DNA of 24,843 nt, from positions 1-24,843 of the forward strand of contig NW_021836287.1 of assembly GCF_006345805.1 (NCBI RefSeq), written 5' to 3'. This DNA is from Octopus sinensis. Its lineage: Eukaryota. The notes below the pieces were generated by a model. The model saw only the letters and a list, made by a program, of their open reading frames with translations, did no database searches and was not told the DNA's origin. The translations under genes and the position numbers were made by a program. Below, in pieces: positions 1 through 10,088 of the stretch (its first letter is position 1; each line of letters opens with the position of its first letter).

Positions 1-251
1 AAGTTGGAAATTTCTGAACAACGGAAATTGCCAAATCTGACGTCAGAATTAAGAATTCTTGATCGGCACTTTCCGTACGACTAGGGTCCCTGTTAGAGCC
101 TATGTTTTCATCCATATGCGTTTGCTGCAGCATTAGAGCGGTTTAGCTCTTGTTTCTAGCCAGGAGGATGTTCCATAACACCCTCGTCACATTTAATGAC
201 AATCACAATTCTACGTTTTGGTGAAACATTGCAAACTGCTGTTCACATTAA

Positions 252-309
252 TCACACACACACACACACACACACACACAACACACATACACACACACAC
301 ACCACACAC

Positions 310-343
<34 letters not shown>
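252..343. repeat. Compound (CA)n/(TA)n microsatellite
   Basis: Directly visible dinucleotide runs. Confidence 0.95.
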
Positions 344-480
344 CCTATGTTTCCGACGAAGAGCTCCGCTCGAAACGTTAAACCCTCCTTCTTTCCTTCT
401 TTACTGAGCGTCCAATAATACTATATTTGTTCCACGTCCTTGCGTTGTTGTGTATTTTGTGCTTTCTTGTTTGGATTAAC
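344..480 (+). mobile_element. Short hammerhead-bearing element between (TA)n tracts, probably a Penelope-like (PLE) terminal-repeat remnant
   Basis: Hammerhead-like motif at 349-383, then a ~100-nt T-rich tail ending in (TA)n. Shares stem II GAGC..GCTC and GAAACGT with the minus-strand copy near 15265-15299. PLE assignment inferred from the known PLE-hammerhead association. Confidence 0.55.
349..383 (+). ncRNA. Minimal type I hammerhead-like motif, variant core CCGACGA
   Basis: GUUU / CCGACGA / extra A / GAGC-UCC-GCUC / GAA / palindromic ACGU / U / AAAC. Stem I is 4 bp, stem II is 4 bp, U4 is replaced by C. Confidence 0.55.
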
Positions 481-554
481 TATATATATAATATATATAT
501 ATATATATACTATATATATATATATGCACATATATATATATATATATACATATA

Positions 555-652
555 CAAAAAGACTTTTTCAATCCCTGAGCGTTATACTAATACATATGTT
601 TGTTTTGTACACCACCTGTCTTCGTCTTTTGTGTTTTTCGTGAACTCTCCCC
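555..652 (+). mobile_element. Tail-only remnant of the same PLE-like terminal family
   Basis: aaagactttt..ctgagcgttatactaatacatatgttt matches the tail after the hammerhead in the minus-strand copy at 15195-15268 (aaagcacttt..ccagcgttaaactaatacacctgttt). Flanked by (TA)n. Confidence 0.5.
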
Positions 653-1029
653 TTATATACATATATATACGTATAAGGTTGAAAATAGGTGGAAAAGAAA
701 TATAAAAAGTAGAAGAGGAATGCCCTGATTTCATAGAGTTTAATATCATTTTATAAATATACACATGTGAAATCCAAGAGAAGAATATGATGCAAAAGAT
801 AGAAATAATACCAACTAGAAATAGCAGCCCTTGTCTCCCTAATGTCTCTGTCTACAGTCTTAAAATAACGGCTGCTTCCACCTTGTATTGCGTGATCCAT
901 CATACGGACTACAAGTGGCAAATACACATAGTTGCCACCTGTAGAACGCATTTAATTAGAGATATCGTATCGTGGAGACAGGATGGATGGGGTTAAGGTG
1001 AGCTTTAAAAGCAACAAAAACAACCACAT

Positions 1030-1125
1030 CTTATCTTTATCTTTAATCTGTTCCAGTCAAAAAGCTGCGGCTATGTTGGGGCACCGGCATGAAGGGTTCT
1101 TTGTCGAACGAATCAAGCCGAGGAC
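1030..1125 (-). mobile_element. SINE family 1, 3' tail fragment
   Basis: Reverse complement ..gccggtgccccaacatagccgcagctttttgactggaac matches the in-window tails at 5971 (ggcggtgccccagcatggccacagc) and 20392. Confidence 0.7.
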
Positions 1126-1389
1126 ACAACTACAACCACAAATTTTCACTGATACAAGTTAATTGAAGTGGAAGTCACTGATACACATTAATTGAACTCG
1201 GAGTTATGTGGATCAGTGAAAATGTGTTTGTTGTTGTCTTCTGACTGCTATTTTTAGCGCGCTGGTGCTACTTTTAGTATCATTCATTATGAATTAATGA
1301 TTTTTTACCTCATGATATCTTTTTTACGCATGTTGTGCCACTTGATATTATTCTAAACATTTAATATATATATATATATTATATATATA

Positions 1390-2941
1390 TATATAAAACT
1401 GACAATGTGTGTCTGCCTGTCTGTCTGTTTGTCTGTCTGTGTGTTTCCCTAAAATTTGAGAACTACACAACCAATGTCATTCAAAGTTTACACATGCCTT
1501 ACTTAGGGTCCGAGGAGTGTCATCGGCAAAAACAATTTTTACTTTTTGCCTAGCTCGAGCCCACAGCAATATCATATCTTCTCCACTATTTCAGTATTAC
1601 ATGTTAAAAGTGAAACATTTCTCTATTTTATGTCAGATACTTTCACTTTAACAATAAAAATAATAATAACAATTGAATTATATGTAGTAAGTAATTATTA
1701 AAATCAAACTAAAATATAATATAATCGTAACATAACAAAAGTAAAAATAGTAATTGGTATAAAATTGCATCAATGACTTGAACTTGAATAAGTGGTTTCA
1801 CATGAATGGGAATAGATTAAAAATGATATTAGCGTGCAGAAACGGAATAGTCCAGATGGAGCTGTGCTTTTACATTAGGTTACCTGCTAAGTAGCTAGCA
1901 TTAAGTATCTATATGAAGTGTGGCTGTATGTAATATCTGTTTTCTCAAACAGCCGCTCGTGTTGGTTTATTTCTTATACATAAAGGACTTCAACTGCTTA
2001 CTGCTTTCTGACTCATCGTAAGGTTTGTTGTTATTATTACTTTTTAACTATTGTTATCACGTTTGTTGGTTCCTCGTAGAGGAAACGTTGTTGTGTTACA
2101 TTTGTTAGATAATTGTAAACTGTAACCCTCCCCCTTTGAGAGAAGGAGCTTTGGTTATTGTTTAAAAATTGAATTCTGTGTCTGTTTGGGGAAATTGACA
2201 ATATTTTCACCGTTTACACGGAAGCATTTTCGTTAGAGTGCCTTCGATAGAAGAAAGTCCAAAAATGAATTTCGCTGCAGGCGTCGGCGGGCGCGAACTC
2301 ATTGAAATTAAAATGGAAGAAATACGGATTGATCACCGACAAAGACGATGAACCTAGGATAACACCACCAAACGAAATAAAAAATTAAATTAAAGAAAAG
2401 ACTATTGTCTATAAAGTATACAATATAAAGAAAAAAAGATTTCAACACCTGGAGGAAAGCACCATCGAAAAGTGTCTTGGTGCGACTATGAAAGATATCT
2501 AACCAGAGGCGTTAAATTCGCCACAATAGAAGCAAGGTTCGAGTCAACGGAGCGTGCAAGGGAGTACTCGACTCGAACTTGCAAAATGGAAATATTTTAT
2601 TTTTACCTTTATATCTGGGACGTAGGGCATCCCGGATAAAAATTAAAAATGCCCCCACCCCCAGAAGTAGAGGTAGGCTGGATTGTAGCAACACTTCTAT
2701 ACAAGAGGGAGGACAAGATCCAATTGATCGAAATTGCAAGACACGGGCTTACAATTCCAGTCTGTTATATATTTTGAGTATTGTTATCACTAGCGATATC
2801 AAGATATAACTTTGTATTTTGTATTTTATGTGTAGAGGTATATATATATATATATAGATGTACATGTAATATGTACACATATATATACACTATATACATG
2901 CACTAGCACTATGAGCCGGCAACGTCGGGTCAAAATTCTAG
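1390..2941 (+). mobile_element. Probable non-autonomous Helitron
   Basis: 3' end has hairpin CCGGC-AAC-GTCGG (2916-2928), then CTAG (2938-2941) followed by T, the canonical Helitron terminus. 5' end emerges from (TA)n as TATAAAACTG followed by (GTCT)n (1411-1440), as in many non-autonomous Helitrons. That both ends belong to one element is inferred. Confidence 0.55.
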
Positions 2942-2987
2942 TATATATACATGTATATATGGGTAATATTATTGTAAACAATGACAT

Positions 2988-3025
<38 letters not shown>

Positions 3026-3169
3026 GCATATACGGGTACAGGATTCACCACCGGTGTAAATAACATGAAATACGTAAACAATGATGAAAAAATGGAAAAA
3101 ATGATGAAAACAAGTAAACAGAGAGAAAGGACCCTTCATCAGTTGTCGGCTGTCTATCTACTTCTCATT

Positions 3170-3305
3170 TCTTTCAGTTTCCGTCTGCCAGATCTCCTCA
3201 CGAATCTGTAGTTGACCCGAAACTACAGCAGAAAACACTTTGCCAAAGATGCCACGCAGTAGGTCTGAACCCGGAACCCTGTCGTCGGGAAGCAAACTTC
3301 TTACT
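3170..3305 (-). mobile_element. SINE family 1, degenerate head/body
   Basis: ctttcagtttccgtct..gccacgcagtaggtctgaacccggaaccc..agcaaacttcttac aligns with the copy at 15950-16090. Confidence 0.8.
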
Positions 3306-3679
3306 GCTTAATATAGAGCTCAAATCTGCAGAAGTCATTGCATAACTAGATCAACATAAGTGAATCGCATTTCGATGTCTTATGCGAACAGCAATAGCAA
3401 CAACATCAGCAACATCACATTCCTGTCCTTTTCATTATGATGGCTGTATTTTATAGTTTAAAGGATCCTTGCTCATTGACACTACGTTCCTTCACAGATG
3501 CGATCCAGCCTCAGCCCGGGTGCGATCTTCCTGTTTTTTGACGGCGTCCGTCCCTTGTAAGTGCCTAGTCTCATTTCATGCTCTCAATCGTCTCTTCCGA
3601 AACAGTTATCTCTCCTCTTATCATAACTAATATTAGTCTCCAACCCCAACCTCGCCACACAAAAATCATTACACACAGC

Positions 3680-3920
3680 GTGGAGACGCGCGCATTCGTG
3701 GTTAAGAGTTGGGATTCATGATTTTAAGATTGTGGTTTCGATTCCTAGGCCGGGCCGACACGTTGTGTTCTTGAGCAAAATACTTTATTTCATGTTGCTC
3801 CAGTTCTCCCATTTGGCAAACATAAATAATACTGCCACGGACTGGCGTTCCGTCAAGTGCGATATATATGCATCACAGAAACTGGGAAACCGGCCCTATG
3901 AATGTATATGACTCGGAAAG
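3680..3920 (+). mobile_element. tRNA-derived SINE family 2
   Basis: Head gtggagacgcg..gtggttaag with B-box GGTTTCGATTCC. Body (gttgctccag..ggactggcgttccgtc..gggaaaccggccctatga) matches the minus copy at 23151-23364. Confidence 0.8.
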
Positions 3921-4349
3921 TATGTTAATCCATACCTATTACTCCTTGCAATTACATCTTAGAATGTCGGACCGGAGGAACACCCTTTCTGTTCATGCCT
4001 TTCTTAAACGTATCGACTAACAACAGTTTAAGTCGAACATCAGTGATATCACATCCCACCGGTCTGGAAGAGTCTGCAAAGACTATGCTCCTTCCCCAGA
4101 ATCAACAAAAAAAAGAGAAAGAAATGTTACAAATTTCTCATCTGAATCACATTGTGTCCTCTTAAAGTATCATACAGATTGAAAATAAACCACACATTTG
4201 CTAACCTATCCAACATCGCTGCTTTAATGCTATATACTACATTAAAATTAACTCACGTAAAACTAAACACTGTACTACATTAATTCCCGTTAACCACGCC
4301 TAAACTTTTTTTTCCACCAAATTCTGTCTCATTGAACTGTACAGAACAA

Positions 4350-4925
4350 ATACTACGACATTAACATCAGGAATAACAAGAACAATAGAATATATAATAA
4401 GCTTGACAAGAGTAAAACTAACAACAAAAAGAGCTGTAAGATCAAATTCAAATTTTTGAACAACTTGTAGTCCATCAAACTATTTAGAAAACCAACAACG
4501 ATGACAACAACAACAACTACAACAACGGCAAGAACAAACAGGGGTGTGAGTAATAAAACTGCACGTGAAACAACCGTAACAATAACAACTACAACAAAGA
4601 GAAACAACAATAAATGTATCAGAGTGAAAATTATAACTAAATGCAACAAGAACAGCAACTGCAACAATACGAGAGTTTGAGTCATAAAACTGCAAGTAGG
4701 ACAACAATAATAACGTACTTAGGAATAAAAGCAAAAAGAAAAACGACAGGAATCAGTTAGAGGAATAAAACTGGATGGAACGACAACAACAAGGAAAACA
4801 TCAACGATAGCAGCAGCAATAGTAAATACAACACCACCACCACCAGCAAGAAGTACAGTAATAAATGACACTCCACCCACGCCCTACTCAACATTGCCCA
4901 CCACCGACTGTCAAATGAACAACAA
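4350..4925. repeat. Degenerate AAC-rich low-complexity tract
   Basis: Cryptic (AAC)n/(AAT)n/(CAC)n repeats; source of the Leu/Val-rich minus-strand ORFs. Confidence 0.8.
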
Positions 4926-5067
4926 TCATCAAACTCAGTATAGCTCTTTATTCGTCAAACAATAAATTTTATAGTGATTTGCAAAATTTTTATTTTTATT
5001 ATCAATATCACGGCAATGTTCTAATTTGCTTCAAAAGAAATGCAAAATAGATGCTGACAGATCAAAC

Positions 5068-5132
5068 AGGGAGAGAAGAGAGAGGGAGGGCGAGAGAGAG
5101 AGAGAGAGAGAGGCAGAGAAAGAGAGAGAGAG
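5068..5132. repeat. (GA)n purine microsatellite
   Basis: Directly visible. Confidence 0.9.
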
Positions 5133-5970
5133 TGTGGTGGAGAAAGCGGCAACGCAATAAAAGCAACAAATGTCGGCCATCTTTAATTTGTTAAATCTTG
5201 AAATACTATGGCGCGAGTGGTGAGTTTTGTAGAAATGAAAGCAGAAACAGAAATCAATAGAAAATATAGCCAAAAGCTACGGCACTGGCAGCAGCGTAGC
5301 AGAAGCATTTAGAAATAAGCTTGGGTCAGCATTAAGATACAGTGAATAATGCGTTTAATGATGTCGTATATTCACAATATATATTCAGTACAGCGAACAA
5401 ACCGGACAGTTATACGAGTAGATCTGTAGCTGGATTCACAGTGTATATATATATATCTACGTTTGAGTTGAGATATATGTGTACGCCCGCGTGTCTTCGT
5501 GCGCCTGTGTATGCTTGTGGCTATAAATGTACGATTATATGTCAGTGTGTATATGCTTGTATGAGGTCCGAAGTGCATTCGCGAAGAGTAAGGTGTATGG
5601 ATGTTAATGGTGCTCATAAATTCATTTCTACTATTTGTCCATTCGATCGATATTATATTGAGGGTGATGCTGGCGATAGAGCTGTTGATAGTAGTGATGA
5701 CGATGCTGATGATGATGGTGGTGTTGGTGATGGCGGGGGTAATGGTGGCGGCTGTGGTCGTAGAAATAATGTACAAAAAGAGTGGTGGACGTTTAAAGAG
5801 CAAGACAGTTGATAAAACATAGAAAACAAGAACGAATTTATGAATACTTACAACCACTAGACATAGACGCACAGACAGATCAGACACGCATACATACATA
5901 TTCATAAATGCATGTTACGTATATACAAACAAGCACATATACATACATACATATATACATATATACATAT

Positions 5971-6030
5971 GGCGGTGCCCCAGCATGGCCACAGCTCGTG
6001 AGCTGAAACTAGATAAGAAGAATAAGAAAT
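5971..6030 (+). mobile_element. SINE family 1, 3' tail fragment
   Basis: ggcggtgccccagcatggccacagctcgtgagctgaaactagataag, followed by (TATC)n. Confidence 0.75.
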
Positions 6031-6079
6031 CTATCTATCTATCTATCTATCTATCTACCTATCTATCTATCTATCTATC

Positions 6080-6131
<52 letters not shown>

Positions 6132-6149
6132 TATATATATATATATATA
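6031..6149. repeat. (TATC)n plus (TA)n compound microsatellite
   Basis: Directly visible. Confidence 0.95.
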
Positions 6150-6150
6150 G

Positions 6151-6355
6151 GCATGTGATTTTTTCTTGTGGGAATATGTAAAAGACCGCGTTTAGATTCA
6201 AACGTTACCCACTGACCTCAATGAAACTTAAATACCGAATAAGAAGAGCGATCAACACAGTAGATCGTGATATGCTGATATGCGTCTGGGAGGAATTCTC
6301 TTATCATATTGATGTTGCCCATGCTGCAGGTGGTGCCTACATTGAACATTTGTGA
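6151..6355 (+). mobile_element. Tc1/mariner transposase C-terminal relic
   Basis: Manual translation from 6154: CDFFLWEYVKDRV*IQTLPTDLNE/LKYRIRRAINTVDRDMLICVWEEFSYHIDVAHAAGGAYIEHL*. This is the DFFLWGYxK..GGxIEHL end of Tc1/mariner transposases, with one stop and one frameshift. Confidence 0.85.
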
Positions 6356-6868
6356 GACAGGAAATGAAAGTTGATTTGAGTTAATACAAGTAATGAGTGG
6401 GATCAATGCACACTATTTCTTCCTTCCACCAAAAATACTGCCATTGAAACATTCGATGTAATGGTTTCAGGTTCAGGAAGGCGGTTGGTATATTTGTGAC
6501 TTACACGCAACGCAAACCAGATACCTGGCCTTCTCAGCCACCTAGCTCGAAGTTAAAAACTTGTAGAAAATTATGTCGCCTCTAGTATTTCAATGATCCA
6601 TTATTTATAGATTGCGGAAGGATAAAGTTGGGATCTTGCTGCGATCCAGACTCAGGAAGTAAAAGAGGCAATATCGATACCGCTATACATTTTTAAACAT
6701 ACGGTTCTTCCATATGAAATAAAAGTTACTTAAATTTATGAAGTAAATTTAATGACTGTAACATAACAGAGCTTGTCATGAATTGTGCGTGCGTTACGCT
6801 TCAACCAGCCTTAACTATCGAACGAAATCGCTAATCTTAACAAAATATTTAAAATAACAGAACATATA

Positions 6869-7062
6869 GGCACTGGAGAGGCAGCGTGGCAAGGAGTTTA
6901 CTTCACAACTGCATGTCTCCGCATTCAATCTTACTGCGTGAGACTAAACACCTTCCCAAAGTAAGAGCGAAGGTACTCTGAGCAGGTGTCTTCTGCTATA
7001 GCCTCGGTCAACCAGAACCTTGTGAGTAGATTTCGCAGAGAGACGCTGAAAGAATCCCATCT
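6869..7062 (+). mobile_element. SINE family 1, degenerate head/body
   Basis: ggcactggagaggcagcgtggcaag..gtgtcttctgctatagcctcgg..ccttgtgagtagattt..ctgaaagaatccc aligns with the reverse complement of 15950-16105. Confidence 0.75.
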
Positions 7063-7063
7063 A

Positions 7064-7102
<39 letters not shown>

Positions 7103-7167
7103 AGTATGTATGTACATACATACATACATACATACATACATACATACAAATATATATATATATATAT

Positions 7168-7329
7168 CTTATTTAAAAGCAGCGGAAATATCATAAAAAC
7201 TGTTACTCAGAGTTTCACCTTCCCGTTCGTCGGACAGTTTTGTTATCGTCATGTCTGTTCCATTCTAACAAAACTGTCCGACGACGGGAGTAACAGTTTT
7301 TGTGATATTCCCGCTGCTTTTAAATAAAA

Positions 7330-7330
<1 letters not shown>
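7168..7330. mobile_element. Fold-back (palindromic) element in (TA)n with hammerhead motifs on both strands
   Basis: Left arm 7168-7245 is the inverted repeat of right arm 7266-7330, with a 20-nt spacer. The right arm has a 14-nt internal deletion. Confidence 0.85.
7196..7241 (-). ncRNA. Type I hammerhead-like motif with near-palindromic stem III
   Basis: Minus strand: AAAACUGU / CCGACGA / ACGGGAAGGU / GAA / ACUCUGAGU / A / ACAGUUUU. Perfect 8-bp stem I, GUA triplet, weak stem II (A-U, C-G, then G.G), U4C. Confidence 0.65.
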
Positions 7331-7406
<76 letters not shown>

Positions 7407-7459
7407 ACACTAATAATGATAAAAAAATAATAATAATATTAATCATAATAATATTAATA

Positions 7460-7541
<82 letters not shown>

Positions 7542-7547
7542 TTAATC

Positions 7548-7586
<39 letters not shown>

Positions 7587-7619
7587 TAATAATAATAATA
7601 ATAATTATAATTATTATTA

Positions 7620-7674
<55 letters not shown>

Positions 7675-7675
7675 T
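7331..7675. repeat. (TA)n, then (AAT)n switching to (ATT)n
   Basis: Directly visible; the switch is at palindrome aataattataattatt (7600-7615). Confidence 0.95.
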
Positions 7676-7840
7676 TCTTACATAAATTCGGCACGGCTCG
7701 GTGCGACCAGAAGAATCTGGCATTGCCAGTTGACGTCATTATGCTGTAGCCAGTATTATGAAATAGGAGCTCTTAGATGCATATTCAAAACGTTTTCCGT
7801 AAACGAATATAAAGGATGTGTGTGTGCCTTTGTGTCTAAG

Positions 7841-7908
7841 TTTACACCTCACCACTGCTAGACAACTGGTGTTAGCGTGTTTACGTCCCCGTAAACTGGC
7901 GGTTCGGC
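7841..7908 (+). mobile_element. SINE family 1, mid-body fragment
   Basis: gacaactggtgttagcgtgtttacgtccccgtaaactggcggttcggc matches the reverse complement of 15810-15865. Confidence 0.7.
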
Positions 7909-8288
7909 ATATTGGCTGGCAATTATATATATATATATATACATGTATGTGTGTTTTTTTGTGTTTGCGTGTGTATGTATATACAATATATATTTACACA
8001 TATATATATGCACACACATACACACCTGAGCATACCATACTTTCATATGCCTGTATATATATATGTATATGAGATATGTGTGTGTACGCGTGTGTGTGTG
8101 TGGATGTATATTCTTCTATATACGCCAGGGTTTTTCATATATACACCCATATAATATCGGTTCCATCTCTTTCATTTCCAATTCTTTGAATAAAGGAACG
8201 GCGTGGAAGATATACTTAGCGTCAGATATAATAACCTTATGCATAAATACATACATGCTGCTATACGCACACGCACATACATATATGA

Positions 8289-8371
<83 letters not shown>

Positions 8372-8747
8372 TGTGTGTGTGTGTATTCATGTACGTATGT
8401 ATGTTTGAGTGGGTGTGTTTATATGTATAATCTGTAGTCCTTCGACGTGTGTTACGGTTGTTTGTGTGTGTGTGTATGTGTGTGCGCGCGCGTGTATGTG
8501 TGTGTGTGTATGTGTGTGTATGCTATATACCTTTATGTAAAAACCAGCTCGCTGATCTTATAAAAACATTATCCTTACTTTATTGTAGTTATCGTTTCTA
8601 ACGTGCAAACGTCTACTTTCACTTTCCCCTATTTCTATGATGTTAAATTATGCCTTCGCTATGTCTGCTTAACCATACATATTAATGCACACACATATAC
8701 ACACCACACACATACATATATATATACATTTATGTATGTATTTATGC

Positions 8748-8778
<31 letters not shown>

Positions 8779-9583
8779 TGTACATATAGATACACTCACA
8801 CGCCCACACTCACATATCTATCTATATATATATTATGGGTGTGAGTGTGTGTGCATGCGTATCTATAACAGCTATAAAATGTAATATAAAGGCGAGATGC
8901 TTGTAGTTTTTTTTCCTCTATGACTGCGGCAATCCTATCTGAGATTTTTCCGTGGTGTACTTGGAAATCTTCTATCTTTAAGATGAAGAAAGAATCTTCA
9001 TATGAATACCAAGATATTCTTTCAACGAATGAAAAACCCTCTACGAAAAAAAAAATAACGAATAATATTGTAAAAAATATAAAAACCAGTAACAAAAACA
9101 AAATTGATTTTTCATAAATCGTTCGTGAGATAACCTTTTCAACATATATATGCTTTTCTTTCTTCATTATTGTTGTTGTTGTTGTTCTTATTGTCGTTAC
9201 TTTTTGTTGTCGGTTGGATATAAGGCTTCTTTTTGTTTAGGTTTATTTTATGTTTTCAAATATTGTTGTTGTTGTTGTTTTCGTAATAATTACAGCAGCA
9301 CCGTTAATATGATAAGCTACGATTACGAATTAAATCCGTGATAGAAGGCAATATCATGTTTTTGCGTGTGTTTATGTGTGTGTGTGTGTGTTTAGTATGT
9401 ATTTCATATATATAAGTGCACGTATGCGTATGTACGTGGGTTTGCGCGTGCATTCTTTTAAGTTTGTGTGTGGTCACGAATGTGAGTTTGCCTACATGTG
9501 GTTGTTTCCGTATCACTTTACTTATAAAATATAAAACATTACACAATGCATACATATGTGTGTGCGTGTGCGTGCGTATGTAT

Positions 9584-9584
<1 letters not shown>

Positions 9585-9657
<73 letters not shown>

Positions 9658-9670
9658 ATGATAGATAGAC

Positions 9671-9732
<62 letters not shown>
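9585..9732. repeat. (GATA)n microsatellite
   Basis: Directly visible. Confidence 0.95.
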
Positions 9733-9733
<1 letters not shown>

Positions 9734-9771
9734 GGGGGGAACGACAGACAGACATATATAGATTATGTATC

Positions 9772-9835
9772 CTTTCCTTGTTTCAGTCATTAGAGTGTGG
9801 TCATGCTGGAGCACCGCCTTGATTGTTTAATCGAA
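9772..9835 (-). mobile_element. SINE family 1, 3' tail fragment
   Basis: ttgtttcagtcattagagtgtggtcatgctggagcaccgcc matches 15721-15745 and the reverse complement of the 5971 tail. Confidence 0.75.
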
Positions 9836-9867
9836 TGAATGAAACGACTGGCGAGGTGGCGATATGA

Positions 9868-9871
<4 letters not shown>

Positions 9872-9947
<76 letters not shown>

Positions 9948-10019
9948 TTAATGATAATAATAATAACGATAATAATAATAATAATAATAATGATGATAAT
10001 AATAATAATAATAATAATA

Positions 10020-10064
<45 letters not shown>

Positions 10065-10088
10065 TAATAATAATAACGATAATAATAA
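9872..10088. repeat. (AAT)n microsatellite, left flank of the R4-type LINE
   Basis: Directly visible. Confidence 0.95.

Noticed and set aside
751-951. Minus ORF with STGGNYV, resembling a mariner C-terminus
   Set aside because: Only a few residues match; no upstream motifs or TIR.
1145-1196. Short direct duplication tcactgataca..ttaattgaa
   Set aside because: Ordinary local slippage duplication with no further structure.
3134-3142. CUGAUGAAG hammerhead core on the minus strand
   Set aside because: No stem II, downstream GAAA or stem I partner found; may be a PLE-type remnant but it is not a supportable ribozyme.
5342-5905. Overlapping 156-aa and 177-aa ORFs
   Set aside because: Built from degenerate TG, GAT and GGT repeats; no recognisable domain.
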